Positions 30,059 through 38,434 of a DNA stretch of 48,547 bases are shown here, piece after piece. Below the pieces are notes generated by a model. That model did not search any database. It was not told the origin of the DNA and saw only the letters and a list, made by a program, of their open reading frames with translations. Each line of letters begins with the position of its first letter. Positions within the stretch are counted from its first letter, which is position 1. The DNA is from a bacterium. GTDB lineage: Bacteria; UBA6262; WVXT01. The stretch is from assembly GCA_046759165.1 (NCBI GenBank), contig JBHIBS010000012.1, positions 1 through 48,547 of the forward strand, written 5' to 3'. Position numbers and translations under genes: made by a program.

Positions 30059-30520
30059 ATGAGGGGAAAAGAAATTAAAAAATACGCTTCGAGAATGGAT
30101 GATGTATTGCCAGTTTTGGTCAAGAATTTTCAGGTTCCCCGGCTCCCTAAATTGTATGGTACTGAAGTTACTTTGCCACAATATTTTGCCCTGACCACCA
30201 TAACTCGAAAAGGCAAATGTATGGTAGGAGAATTAAGCAAATTATTGGGAGTTAGTGTGAATACTGTAAGTGAACTTGTTGGTCGCCTGGTAAAGAAGCG
30301 CTTCGTTAAAAAGGAAAAGGATGAGAAAGACCGGCGCAGAGTCCATATTCATCTTACCCAATTAGGAAAGAAAATCATTCGCAAGGTTGATTATTGGAAA
30401 AAGAGGCACATCAAGGGAATTTTAAGAAACTTGACCGAAGATGACTGCCGCGTTTTGATTCAGATAATGGAGAAAATGACCGGCACTCCTCAAGAGTTGG
30501 GAGAAGCCAGAAGGCTATAA
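30059..30520 (+). CDS. MarR-family transcriptional regulator
   Basis: VTLPQY, ELSKLLGVSVNTVSELVGRLVKK, DRRRVHIHLT; ATG 30059 preferred. Confidence 0.92.
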   Translation: MRGKEIKKYASRMDDVLPVLVKNFQVPRLPKLYGTEVTLPQYFALTTITRKGKCMVGELSKLLGVSVNTVSELVGRLVKKRFVKKEKDEKDRRRVHIHLTQLGKKIIRKVDYWKKRHIKGILRNLTEDDCRVLIQIMEKMTGTPQELGEARRL

Positions 30521-30532
30521 ATTTTTCAAAAA

Positions 30533-30553
30533 ATAGTTCGTATGCCGAAATAT
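30533..30553. promoter_or_regulatory. Second copy of the operator-like palindrome
   Basis: ATAGTTCGT-ATG-CCGAAATAT; 16/18 arm positions identical to 26878-26898. Confidence 0.7.
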
Positions 30554-30580
30554 TAAACTATATTAAGGGGGTAAAGTAGG

Positions 30581-30886
30581 ATGAAATTCAAGACTTCGGA
30601 TTTAGTCAATAAATTATTGTTAGCCGGATTAGGTTTAGCCACCTTGACTCAAGAGAAGGCAAAAAAATTGGTAGAACAGTTATTAGGAATAGAAAAAATA
30701 GGCAAGGGAGAGACTTCTGCTTTCGTGGAAGAACTGGTGAAAAGAGGAAGACAGACGCAGAAGAAGTTAGAAGACTTAGTGAAGAAAGAGGTAACCAAAA
30801 TCCTGGCAAAAGTTAACTTTGCTTCTAAGAAAGATATAACAGAACTTAAAAAAAGAATTGAAAAACTTGAGGCAAAAAGGAGATGA
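30581..30886 (+). CDS. Phasin/PhaF-like amphipathic coiled-coil protein
   Basis: LLAGLGLATLTQEKAKKLVE...ASKKDITELKKRIEKLE pattern. Confidence 0.75.
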   Translation: MKFKTSDLVNKLLLAGLGLATLTQEKAKKLVEQLLGIEKIGKGETSAFVEELVKRGRQTQKKLEDLVKKEVTKILAKVNFASKKDITELKKRIEKLEAKRR

Positions 30887-30983
30887 TGCGCAAATTGAAT
30901 CTATGCCTACAACAGGCACGAATTCAAATCGCACTGGAGTTCTCCCGAAAGGGAGGGATGACCTTGCTTTCGCAAGGACTCCA
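30887..30983 (+). other. Structured intergenic segment (hairpin plus three-way junction)
   Basis: TTGAAT/ATTCAA and TGCC/GGCA hairpin; TGGAGT/ACTCCA enclosing CTCCC-GAAA-GGGAG and CCTTGC-TTTC-GCAAGG. Confidence 0.55.
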
Positions 30984-31015
30984 AATGAATTTTGTAAAAA
31001 GGAGGTAGAGAAAAG

Positions 31016-32458
31016 ATGAGCAGAGTCATTCAAAAAATTAAGAATTTAGCGATTGAGCAAATAGCCAATCAGGCTATTAAGTTGATGGCTAATTGTTCTG
31101 ATGCAAACTTAGTCAGGTTCGTCTCTCTATTGGAAAAGATTGCTGAGAAATCAAACTCCTCGCGGCGCAAAGGAGAACTCAAATTTGCCAGGAAGCTATT
31201 TGAGACCAGGCACCCTTTGACCCAATGGATGAAGAGAATAGGTAGTGAATTGAATCCGAGGTGCAGAGACCAATTCATTAGACTTGTTATTGTGAAAAGT
31301 CACTTTACAAATCAAGAAAAGAGAAATAGTTTCAGAGAGAAACATGGCTTTTTCGCGCCTACCCAACTGGTTATCAGCCCGACAATGAGGTGCAACCTTC
31401 GGTGTGAGGGTTGCTGGGCTGGGAGCTATGCGGCGGTTCCGGATATGGAAATGGACTTGTTAGAGAGGATTATTGTTGAGGCGAGAGATGAGATGGGTAT
31501 TCATTTCTTCACTATTACTGGCGGTGAACCATTCATTAGAAAAGAGTTGCTTGACCTTTATGAGAAGTTCTCCGACTGTTATTTTCATATTTACACAAAT
31601 GGACTTTTAATCAGTGAGAAGGCTGTAGAGAGGATGGCGAGATTGGGAAATGTAGCTCCTATGATAAGTTTGGAAGGAGGCAGGGAAACTACGGATGCTA
31701 GGCGAGGTAAAGGAGTCTATGACAAAATTACGGCCACCATGAAAATGTTACGGGATAAGGGAATATTTTTTGGGTTCTCAGTTACTGAGACCAGATATAA
31801 TGCCGAAGAGGTAAGTAGTGACGCTTTCATTGATGAGATGCTAAAGCTGGGATGTTTTAATGGCTGGTATTTCCAGTATATTCCCATTGGCTTAAACCCG
31901 AACCCTTCTCTTATGATAACACCAGAGCAGAGAGATATGCTGCGCAAGAGAATATATAAATTCAGAAATACCAAGCCTATCTTCGTCGTTGATTTCTGGA
32001 ATGACGGTCCTGCTATTAATGGCTGTATGGCAGGGGGCAAAAGATATTTACACATTAATTGTCAAGGAGATGTGGAGCCCTGTGTGTTTGCCCATTTCGC
32101 TTGTGACAATATAAAAGAAAAAAGTTTAACAGAAATACTGGAATCTCCATTTTTTACAGCTATCAGGGAAGGCATTCCTTATGATGGAAACACTCTGCGT
32201 GCTTGTATGATTGTTGACCGACCAGAGTTCCTCCGCGAATATTGTAGGAAATTCAATGCCCATCCTACACATAAAGGTGGAGAGTCGATTATTGACCAGT
32301 TAAGTGGTGAAATAGACAAGTATGCTCAAGGAATTGCCAAAATTTATAATAGAGCCTGGCAAGAAGGTGATTGGATAAAACTCTTCTACCTTAGAGAGCG
32401 AAAAGAAGAAGTTGAGGTAGATTTAGACACCTCGCAGACTTTATCCCTACAAGAATAG
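31016..32458 (+). CDS. Radical SAM protein with SPASM/twitch domain, paralog 2
   Basis: SPTMRCNLRCEGC; DFWNDGPAINGCMAGG...HINCQGDVEPCVFAH; ACMIVD. Confidence 0.9.
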   Translation: MSRVIQKIKNLAIEQIANQAIKLMANCSDANLVRFVSLLEKIAEKSNSSRRKGELKFARKLFETRHPLTQWMKRIGSELNPRCRDQFIRLVIVKSHFTNQEKRNSFREKHGFFAPTQLVISPTMRCNLRCEGCWAGSYAAVPDMEMDLLERIIVEARDEMGIHFFTITGGEPFIRKELLDLYEKFSDCYFHIYTNGLLISEKAVERMARLGNVAPMISLEGGRETTDARRGKGVYDKITATMKMLRDKGIFFGFSVTETRYNAEEVSSDAFIDEMLKLGCFNGWYFQYIPIGLNPNPSLMITPEQRDMLRKRIYKFRNTKPIFVVDFWNDGPAINGCMAGGKRYLHINCQGDVEPCVFAHFACDNIKEKSLTEILESPFFTAIREGIPYDGNTLRACMIVDRPEFLREYCRKFNAHPTHKGGESIIDQLSGEIDKYAQGIAKIYNRAWQEGDWIKLFYLRERKEEVEVDLDTSQTLSLQE

Positions 32459-32476
32459 AGGAGATTAATTTCTGGC

Positions 32477-33592
32477 ATGCGAAGCAAAATACTTTTCTTC
32501 TACACTTCTCAGGATTCCGGGCACCATAGGGCAGCCCGGGCTATAGAGACGGCGTTCAGGCCATATTCTGATGTGGAAACTTTAGCATTAGATTCTATTA
32601 AATGCGCTTACCCAAGAACGGGGAGAATGATGATTAATTGGTACCCGAAAGTTATCAGAAAGATGCCTCAGATCTGGAGGGCTCTCTATGACAATCAGGA
32701 CCTTGCCGATGCCATGAGAGACGTCCGGAAGGTCATGAATCGGCTATATTTTGCAAAGATGGAGAGGATACTGGAAGAGCATAAGCCCAATGCTATCATT
32801 TGCACCCAGGCTGCTCCCTGTCATGTAGCAGCTGCTTATAAAAAGGAGAAGGGAAACGGCCTTCCCCTGGTGGCTGTTATTACTGACTACCTAGTTCACC
32901 CCTATTGGCTTCATGACCAAGTAGACCTCTACATTGTACCAACAGAGGAAGCAAAGGAGACTCTCATAGAGAGAGGTATTCCTGGGGGAAAGATTAAGGA
33001 GATAGGTATTCCTATCGACCCCAAATTTGTGAGTTCTTATGATAAACTGAAAAGGAGGTCGGAATTGGGGCTGGCTCGCGAGGTGACTACGCTGTTAATT
33101 ACAGGGGGGAGCCGGGGTATGATTCCTGTAAAGAAGATTCTGAGGTTACTTTCTCAAGTGAATGCTCTATTTCAGGCAATTATGGTTGCGGGCAGAAACA
33201 GGAGGCTCTGGCTGAGAGTAAAGAGAATGGAGAGAAACCTGGCGTTTACAACTAAAGTGCTGAGTTATACCGAAAGCATGGATAGCTTGATGGATGCCAG
33301 TGACCTGATAATTACCAAGCCTGGCGGGCTGACTATTGCCGAAGCATTAGCCAAGGGTCTACCGCTAATTATTGTTAGACCGATTCCTGGTCAGGAAGAG
33401 AGAAATGGTCGCTACCTAATTGACCAAGGGGCAGCTTTGGCAGTAGACCATCTGAAGGAACTGCCAGAAGTTATGGAGGAGTTATTGTTATCTCCCCTGA
33501 AGATAGAAGAGATGAGCCGAAAAGCTCAAGTCTTAGCAAGGCCGAAGGCAGCTGAGGAATCAGCGAGAGCAATCATGGAACTCGTGGAGTGA
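32477..33592 (+). CDS. MGDG synthase/UgtP-like lipid glycosyltransferase (GT28)
   Basis: SGHHRAARAI, VITDY-VHPYW, ITKPGGLTIAEA, PIPGQEERN. Confidence 0.88.
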   Translation: MRSKILFFYTSQDSGHHRAARAIETAFRPYSDVETLALDSIKCAYPRTGRMMINWYPKVIRKMPQIWRALYDNQDLADAMRDVRKVMNRLYFAKMERILEEHKPNAIICTQAAPCHVAAAYKKEKGNGLPLVAVITDYLVHPYWLHDQVDLYIVPTEEAKETLIERGIPGGKIKEIGIPIDPKFVSSYDKLKRRSELGLAREVTTLLITGGSRGMIPVKKILRLLSQVNALFQAIMVAGRNRRLWLRVKRMERNLAFTTKVLSYTESMDSLMDASDLIITKPGGLTIAEALAKGLPLIIVRPIPGQEERNGRYLIDQGAALAVDHLKELPEVMEELLLSPLKIEEMSRKAQVLARPKAAEESARAIMELVE

Positions 33593-33596
33593 ATGG

Positions 33597-34568
33597 ATGA
33601 GAGCATTGGTAACTGGTGGTAATGGATTTATTGGTAGCCATCTGGTGGAAGCATTAAAAAAGAGGGGCTACTCGGTTACTTGCCTCATCAGGAAGACGAG
33701 CAATCTTAAATGGCTCAAGGGCTTGGATGTAAAATTTGTTTATGGAGATTGTACAGAAAGAGAAAGTCTGTATGAGGCAGTAGAAGGTGCGGATTATGTC
33801 TATCATCTGGCAGGAGTAGTGAGGGCTGTCGATCGAGAGACTTACTACGGGGTGAATTTTCTGGGAACAAGAAATTTACTTGAAGTATGTAATAGAATAA
33901 ATCAAAAGATAAAGAAGTTCGTATACCTCTCCAGCCAGGCAGCGATGGGGCCGATTAGTCCTGAGGGTGAAGGGGATTGTCATCCAATCACTGATTATGG
34001 CAAAAGTAAACTTAAGGGAGAAATTGTGGTTCATAATTATAGTGAGAGATTGCCAGTCTTGATTATTAGAGCGCCGGCAATTTATGGACCTCGAGACAAA
34101 GATATCTACACATATTTCAAGTTTCTTAAGAGAGGAATAAAACCTGTCCCGGGGAATGGAGAGGGGCATATGCCCCCACTCTTCTATGTTGGGGACCTGA
34201 TAAAGGGGATGATCTTAGCGGCAGAAAGAGAAAGTTCGAGTGGCGAAACTTACTTTTTTGCAGATGAAAGGTCCTATTCCTGGAAAGAAGCTGCTGATAA
34301 AGCAGCCCGGGCACTGGGAGTAAAAGCAATCAAGATAAACATACCCGGTTGGCTCATTTCGGCATTTGCTTTTTTGTCAGAGTTCTCCTCAGGAATAACC
34401 CATAGGCCAGCTTTAATTGACAGGCAGAAGGCGAAAGAGCTACTCCATGAAGGATGGTTCTGTGATATAAGTAAAGCAAGAGAACGTCTGGGTTTTAAGC
34501 CCAAGTTTAGCCTGGAGGAGGGACTGAGGATAACTGCCGGTTGGTACAAAGATAATGGTTGGCTCTAA
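33597..34568 (+). CDS. Extended SDR (NAD-dependent epimerase/reductase); candidate 3-keto sphingoid/ceramide reductase
   Basis: VTGGNGFIGSHL, HLAG, YGKSK; adjacent to the SPT-like gene. Confidence 0.85.
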   Translation: MRALVTGGNGFIGSHLVEALKKRGYSVTCLIRKTSNLKWLKGLDVKFVYGDCTERESLYEAVEGADYVYHLAGVVRAVDRETYYGVNFLGTRNLLEVCNRINQKIKKFVYLSSQAAMGPISPEGEGDCHPITDYGKSKLKGEIVVHNYSERLPVLIIRAPAIYGPRDKDIYTYFKFLKRGIKPVPGNGEGHMPPLFYVGDLIKGMILAAERESSSGETYFFADERSYSWKEAADKAARALGVKAIKINIPGWLISAFAFLSEFSSGITHRPALIDRQKAKELLHEGWFCDISKARERLGFKPKFSLEEGLRITAGWYKDNGWL

Positions 34569-34600
34569 CTGAACGAACAAATATTACACAGGAGGGAGAA

Positions 34601-35917
34601 ATGGATATTTTCGAAAAATGCGCCAAATTTACAGCTGCCAGGGAGGTAATGGCCGGTGGCTATTATCCCTATTTCAATACAATTGAATCTGCTCAGGACC
34701 CGGAAGTCATTGTCAATGGGAAACCAATGATTATGATTGGCTCGAATGACTATCTGGGACTCACCACCCACCCCAGACTCAAAAGGGCAGCAGCCAGGGC
34801 TTTGAGAAAATATGGGACAGGTTGTACTGGTTCGAGGTTCTTGAACGGGACTTTCGATATTCACGAGGAACTGGAATGCAAGCTGTCTGAATTTGAAGGA
34901 AAGGAAGCAGCTCTCTTTTTTACTACGGGATTTCTCACCAACTTAGGCACTATTGCTGGCTTAGTGGGAAAGGATGACGTGGTTATCACTGATAAACTTG
35001 ACCATGCCAGCATCGTTGACGGCTGTCGGCTCTCATTTGGTGAGACGAGGAGGTTCAGGCATAATAATATGGAAGATTTGGAGAGGACTCTGGAGTCCAT
35101 TGATCACTCGCGAGGTAAATTCATTGTGGTGGATGGAGTGTTCAGCACGGAGGGAGACATTACTAATCTGCCGGAGATAGTGAGGTTGGGCAAGAAGTCT
35201 GGAGCCAGAGTTATGGTTGACGATGCCCATGCCATTGGCGTTTTGGGGAAAGGTGGTAGAGGTACAACCGAGCATTTTGGTTTACAGGATGAAGTGGACA
35301 TCATAATGGGAACTTGCAGTAAGTCTCTGGCCTCTATTGGAGGATTTGTCGTTTCTTCTGAAGAGGTGATTCACTATTTGAAGCATCATGCACGGGCATT
35401 GATCTTTAGTGCCAGCCCTCCACCGGCTTCGGTAGTTGTAGTTTTAGAGGCCTTGAAAATTATAGAGGAGGAACCTGAGCGCCGAGAACAATTATGGAGA
35501 AATACGAGAAAGATGAAAAAGGGCTTCCAGGAGATGGGATACGATACGGGCACCAGTGAAACCCCTATCATTCCTCTTCTCGTTGGAGATGATATGGAGG
35601 CCTTTAAGATGCGAAAAATTCTCTTCGAAAATGGCGTATTCTCCAACCCGTTTATTAGTCCAGCTGTTCCTAAAGGGAAAGCTGTAATTCGTACCAGTTA
35701 TATGGCTACCCATACAACCGAACAATTAGACAGAGTCCTGGAAATTTTTGAAAAGGTGGGAAAACAGTTAGGGATAATTCCTGGTCGAAGACTCCCACGG
35801 AGAAGGCGGCCCCCCACCCTGAGGGCCAGAATGAGAAGGGGAAGAATGGTGATGAAAGAGGGGATCAGGAGAAGATTTAAGAGTTGGATGGAGAGAATAT
35901 ATGGAGTGAGGCAATAG
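34601..35917 (+). CDS. spt: PLP-dependent alpha-oxoamine synthase, serine palmitoyltransferase-like, with Arg-rich C-terminal tail
   Basis: YYPYF...GSNDYLGLTTHP, GTGCTGSRFLNGT, HASI, DDAH, GTCSKS; N-terminus resembles Bacteroidota-type SPT more than BioF/Kbl. Confidence 0.75.
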   Translation: MDIFEKCAKFTAAREVMAGGYYPYFNTIESAQDPEVIVNGKPMIMIGSNDYLGLTTHPRLKRAAARALRKYGTGCTGSRFLNGTFDIHEELECKLSEFEGKEAALFFTTGFLTNLGTIAGLVGKDDVVITDKLDHASIVDGCRLSFGETRRFRHNNMEDLERTLESIDHSRGKFIVVDGVFSTEGDITNLPEIVRLGKKSGARVMVDDAHAIGVLGKGGRGTTEHFGLQDEVDIIMGTCSKSLASIGGFVVSSEEVIHYLKHHARALIFSASPPPASVVVVLEALKIIEEEPERREQLWRNTRKMKKGFQEMGYDTGTSETPIIPLLVGDDMEAFKMRKILFENGVFSNPFISPAVPKGKAVIRTSYMATHTTEQLDRVLEIFEKVGKQLGIIPGRRLPRRRRPPTLRARMRRGRMVMKEGIRRRFKSWMERIYGVRQ

Positions 35918-35980
35918 TGGTTTGAGTTTCGGTTCTTAATTTTCATAGCTTAGTTCTGATGGTTTGGGGGAAAGGGAAGA

Positions 35981-36772
35981 ATGGAGTTTTTGGTATGGCT
36001 TTGGCGAAATTACCTCGTTAATATCTTAGACATTCTAATCGTAGCATATATAACATACAAATTATTTATGTTGCTCAAAGGCACTCGAGCCATTCAGGTT
36101 GTGCGTGGACTATTCATTCTAATTTTAGCTACCTTGGTGGCTGGGGCGCTCCAGTTTCGGACTGTGAGTTGGATATTGAAGGGTTTCTGGGTTGCTGGCG
36201 TAATTGCAATAGTTATTGTCTTTCAGCCAGAACTGCGAAGCGTCCTGGCACAGATTGGAAGAGGCCCTGAACTGAAAACATTTTTCGGCGAAAAGTTAGT
36301 TTTTGTTGACGAGATTGTCAAAGCCCTGGAGAGGCTTAGCAAGAAAGGTTTTGGGGCTTTAGTTGTCCTTGAGCAGAATACAGGGCTCCGTAACTATATC
36401 GAAAGTGGCGTAATTATTAATGGGGAAGTCACAGCTGATCTCCTCTGCTCTATATTTATGAGCCGTGCACCCATCCATGATGGTGCAGTCATCATTCAGA
36501 ATGAGAGACTCATTGCTGGTGGATGCGTCTTGCCTCTAACTCACCAGCCCGGGGTGAGCAAAATTCTTGGTACCCGGCACAGGGCAGCAATCGGGATTAC
36601 TGAGCTCTCTGATGCCTGGGCAATAGTCGTTTCGGAGGAGAGTGGCGATATTTCTCTGGCACGTGATCGAAAATTGGAAAGGAAAATAGATATAAAAGAA
36701 TTGCACTCCGAGTTAACTAAACTCTATAAGGCGAAGCTGGCAGAAGCGAAAGAGCGGTTCATTCAAATCTAA
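35981..36772 (+). CDS. cdaA: Diadenylate cyclase CdaA
   Basis: Three N-terminal TMs, VFQPELR, HDGA, GTRHRAA. Confidence 0.95.
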   Translation: MEFLVWLWRNYLVNILDILIVAYITYKLFMLLKGTRAIQVVRGLFILILATLVAGALQFRTVSWILKGFWVAGVIAIVIVFQPELRSVLAQIGRGPELKTFFGEKLVFVDEIVKALERLSKKGFGALVVLEQNTGLRNYIESGVIINGEVTADLLCSIFMSRAPIHDGAVIIQNERLIAGGCVLPLTHQPGVSKILGTRHRAAIGITELSDAWAIVVSEESGDISLARDRKLERKIDIKELHSELTKLYKAKLAEAKERFIQI

Positions 36773-36788
36773 TTCATCACCGATTCAA

Positions 36789-36884
36789 ATGTTAAAGAAA
36801 TTTAAAGAGAACTTAGGAATAAAGATTATAGCTCTACTTTTGGCAATTTTCTTATGGTACTATGTCAAATACCTGGGAAAGTAG
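36789..36884 (+). CDS. 31-aa mini-CdaR, membrane anchor only (not in ORF track)
   Basis: MLKKFKENLGIKIIALLLAIFLWYYVKYLGK; resembles the CdaR/YbbR N-terminal TM and occupies the cdaR slot. Confidence 0.65.
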   Translation: MLKKFKENLGIKIIALLLAIFLWYYVKYLGK

Positions 36885-36899
36885 TTTCAGGAAGAGTTT

Positions 36900-38285
36900 A
36901 TGGTAAGGCTATTCGGTACCGATGGGATTCGAGGTATTGCCGGTAAGTATCCTCTCACTCCTGAGTTCGTTGAAAAAATTGGAATTGTCTCTGCTGAAAC
37001 TCTGACCCACCACTTTCTTCCTTCCAGGTCAGGCTCACAAGAGGTCCCTTTTCCCAAACCAACTATCATTATAGGTCGTGATACCAGAGAATCGGGGAAG
37101 ATGATTTTTGATGCCCTGGCAAATGGATTAATTGAAAGGGGAGTTGATGTTTGGGATTGTGGGGTGATCACCACACCAGCCATCTCTTACTTAACCCAAG
37201 CTACAAACTCCCTTGCGGGCATTGTTATTTCAGCCTCCCATAATCCATACCAGTATAATGGAATAAAATTCTTCTCCAATTCTGGAATGAAGCTTCCAGA
37301 TGAAGTGGAGAGTGAAATAGAAGAGAAGGCGGCGGCTCTTGACCTCTCTAAGAGAGAAAAAAAAGAAAGGAAAGGTAACATTATTCCTTTCCAGGAAGCT
37401 AAGGGAAAGTATATCGATTTTATAAAGAGAAGCATCCCTGAGGGGACAAATTTTTCTGGACTCAAAATGGTTATTGATTGTGCCAATGGCTCGGTTTCCG
37501 AAATCGCTCCAAAGATTTTTAGTGACATGGGGGCAGAAATCATCGTGGTCAACGATACTCCAGATGGGAAGAATATCAACGATGGGTGCGGTTCTCTCCA
37601 TCTGGAAGTAACCCAGAAAGCTGTAAAGGCAAATCGAGCCCACTTAGGATTTGCCTTTGATGGCGATGGAGACCGAGTGCTTTTTACCGATGAGAAGGGA
37701 AGCGACCTCGATGGCGACCATCTTATGGCATTGTGTGCTGAGTGCCTGAAGAGAAAGGGAAAATTGAACAATAATACCTTGGTGGTGACATCTATGTCCA
37801 ATTTAGGACTTCTTCTGGCAATGGAGAAGTTAGGAATTCGCGTGCTCCAGACCAAAGTTGGAGACCGCTACGTTCTGGAAGAAACGCTGAAAAGTGGAGC
37901 CGTATTGGGTGGTGAACAGGCAGGACATATTATATTTCTCGATTATTGTAAAACTGGAGATGGATTAATTACAGCCCTGAGAGTACTCTCTATAGTAAGA
38001 GAGGAGAAGAAGCCCTTATCTGAATTGGCAGGAATAATGGAGAGAGTCCCTCAGGTTCTCATAAATATCGAAGTTAAGGAGAGAAAACCCTTTACCGCTC
38101 TTCCCCTGACTTCCAGGCTCATTCAGGAGGCAGAATCCACACTGGAAAAAGAAGGCCGAATACTGGTTCGTTACTCTGGCACAGAACCTCTGGCCAGGGT
38201 AATGGTTGAGGGAAAAGATAGAGAAAAGATAGAAAGAATTGCCAAAAAGATTAGTGAAGCAATCAGAAAAGAACTGAACCCCTAG
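36900..38285 (+). CDS. glmM: Phosphoglucosamine mutase
   Basis: LFGTDGIRG, ISASHNP, DGDGDR, RYSGTEP. Confidence 0.97.
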   Translation: MVRLFGTDGIRGIAGKYPLTPEFVEKIGIVSAETLTHHFLPSRSGSQEVPFPKPTIIIGRDTRESGKMIFDALANGLIERGVDVWDCGVITTPAISYLTQATNSLAGIVISASHNPYQYNGIKFFSNSGMKLPDEVESEIEEKAAALDLSKREKKERKGNIIPFQEAKGKYIDFIKRSIPEGTNFSGLKMVIDCANGSVSEIAPKIFSDMGAEIIVVNDTPDGKNINDGCGSLHLEVTQKAVKANRAHLGFAFDGDGDRVLFTDEKGSDLDGDHLMALCAECLKRKGKLNNNTLVVTSMSNLGLLLAMEKLGIRVLQTKVGDRYVLEETLKSGAVLGGEQAGHIIFLDYCKTGDGLITALRVLSIVREEKKPLSELAGIMERVPQVLINIEVKERKPFTALPLTSRLIQEAESTLEKEGRILVRYSGTEPLARVMVEGKDREKIERIAKKISEAIRKELNP

Positions 38286-38289
38286 TATG

Positions 38290-38314
38290 CAGTGGCAGAG
38301 CAGCGGTTTCGTAA
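38290..38314 (+). other. tRNA-Thr(CGT)-like fragment, possible att scar
   Basis: CAGTGGCAGAGC-A-GCGGT-TTCGTAA fits D-loop/D-stem 3' strand, anticodon stem 5' strand and the anticodon loop; no acceptor or T arm. Confidence 0.5.
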
Positions 38315-38434
38315 GGCGAAGAAGGGCAAACGAAAAAGTCCTTAAAATTTAAGAGGAATCAGTAATTTCAATACTTTTTCTGAATTCCCCTCCTTATGAG
38401 AATTTATGAAATTTTAGGGGAATTAATACTTTAG

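Noticed and set aside
30031-30060. Third operator copy at the marR promoter
   Set aside because: Only a weak half match (TAAATTCGC); not supportable without a weight matrix
34601-35917. Annotation as BioF or Kbl
   Set aside because: No biotin or tdh genes nearby; the YPYF N-terminal motif and lipid-gene context favour SPT, though a phylogeny is still needed
38290-38370. Intact tRNA gene
   Set aside because: No acceptor stem, anticodon stem 3' strand or T arm
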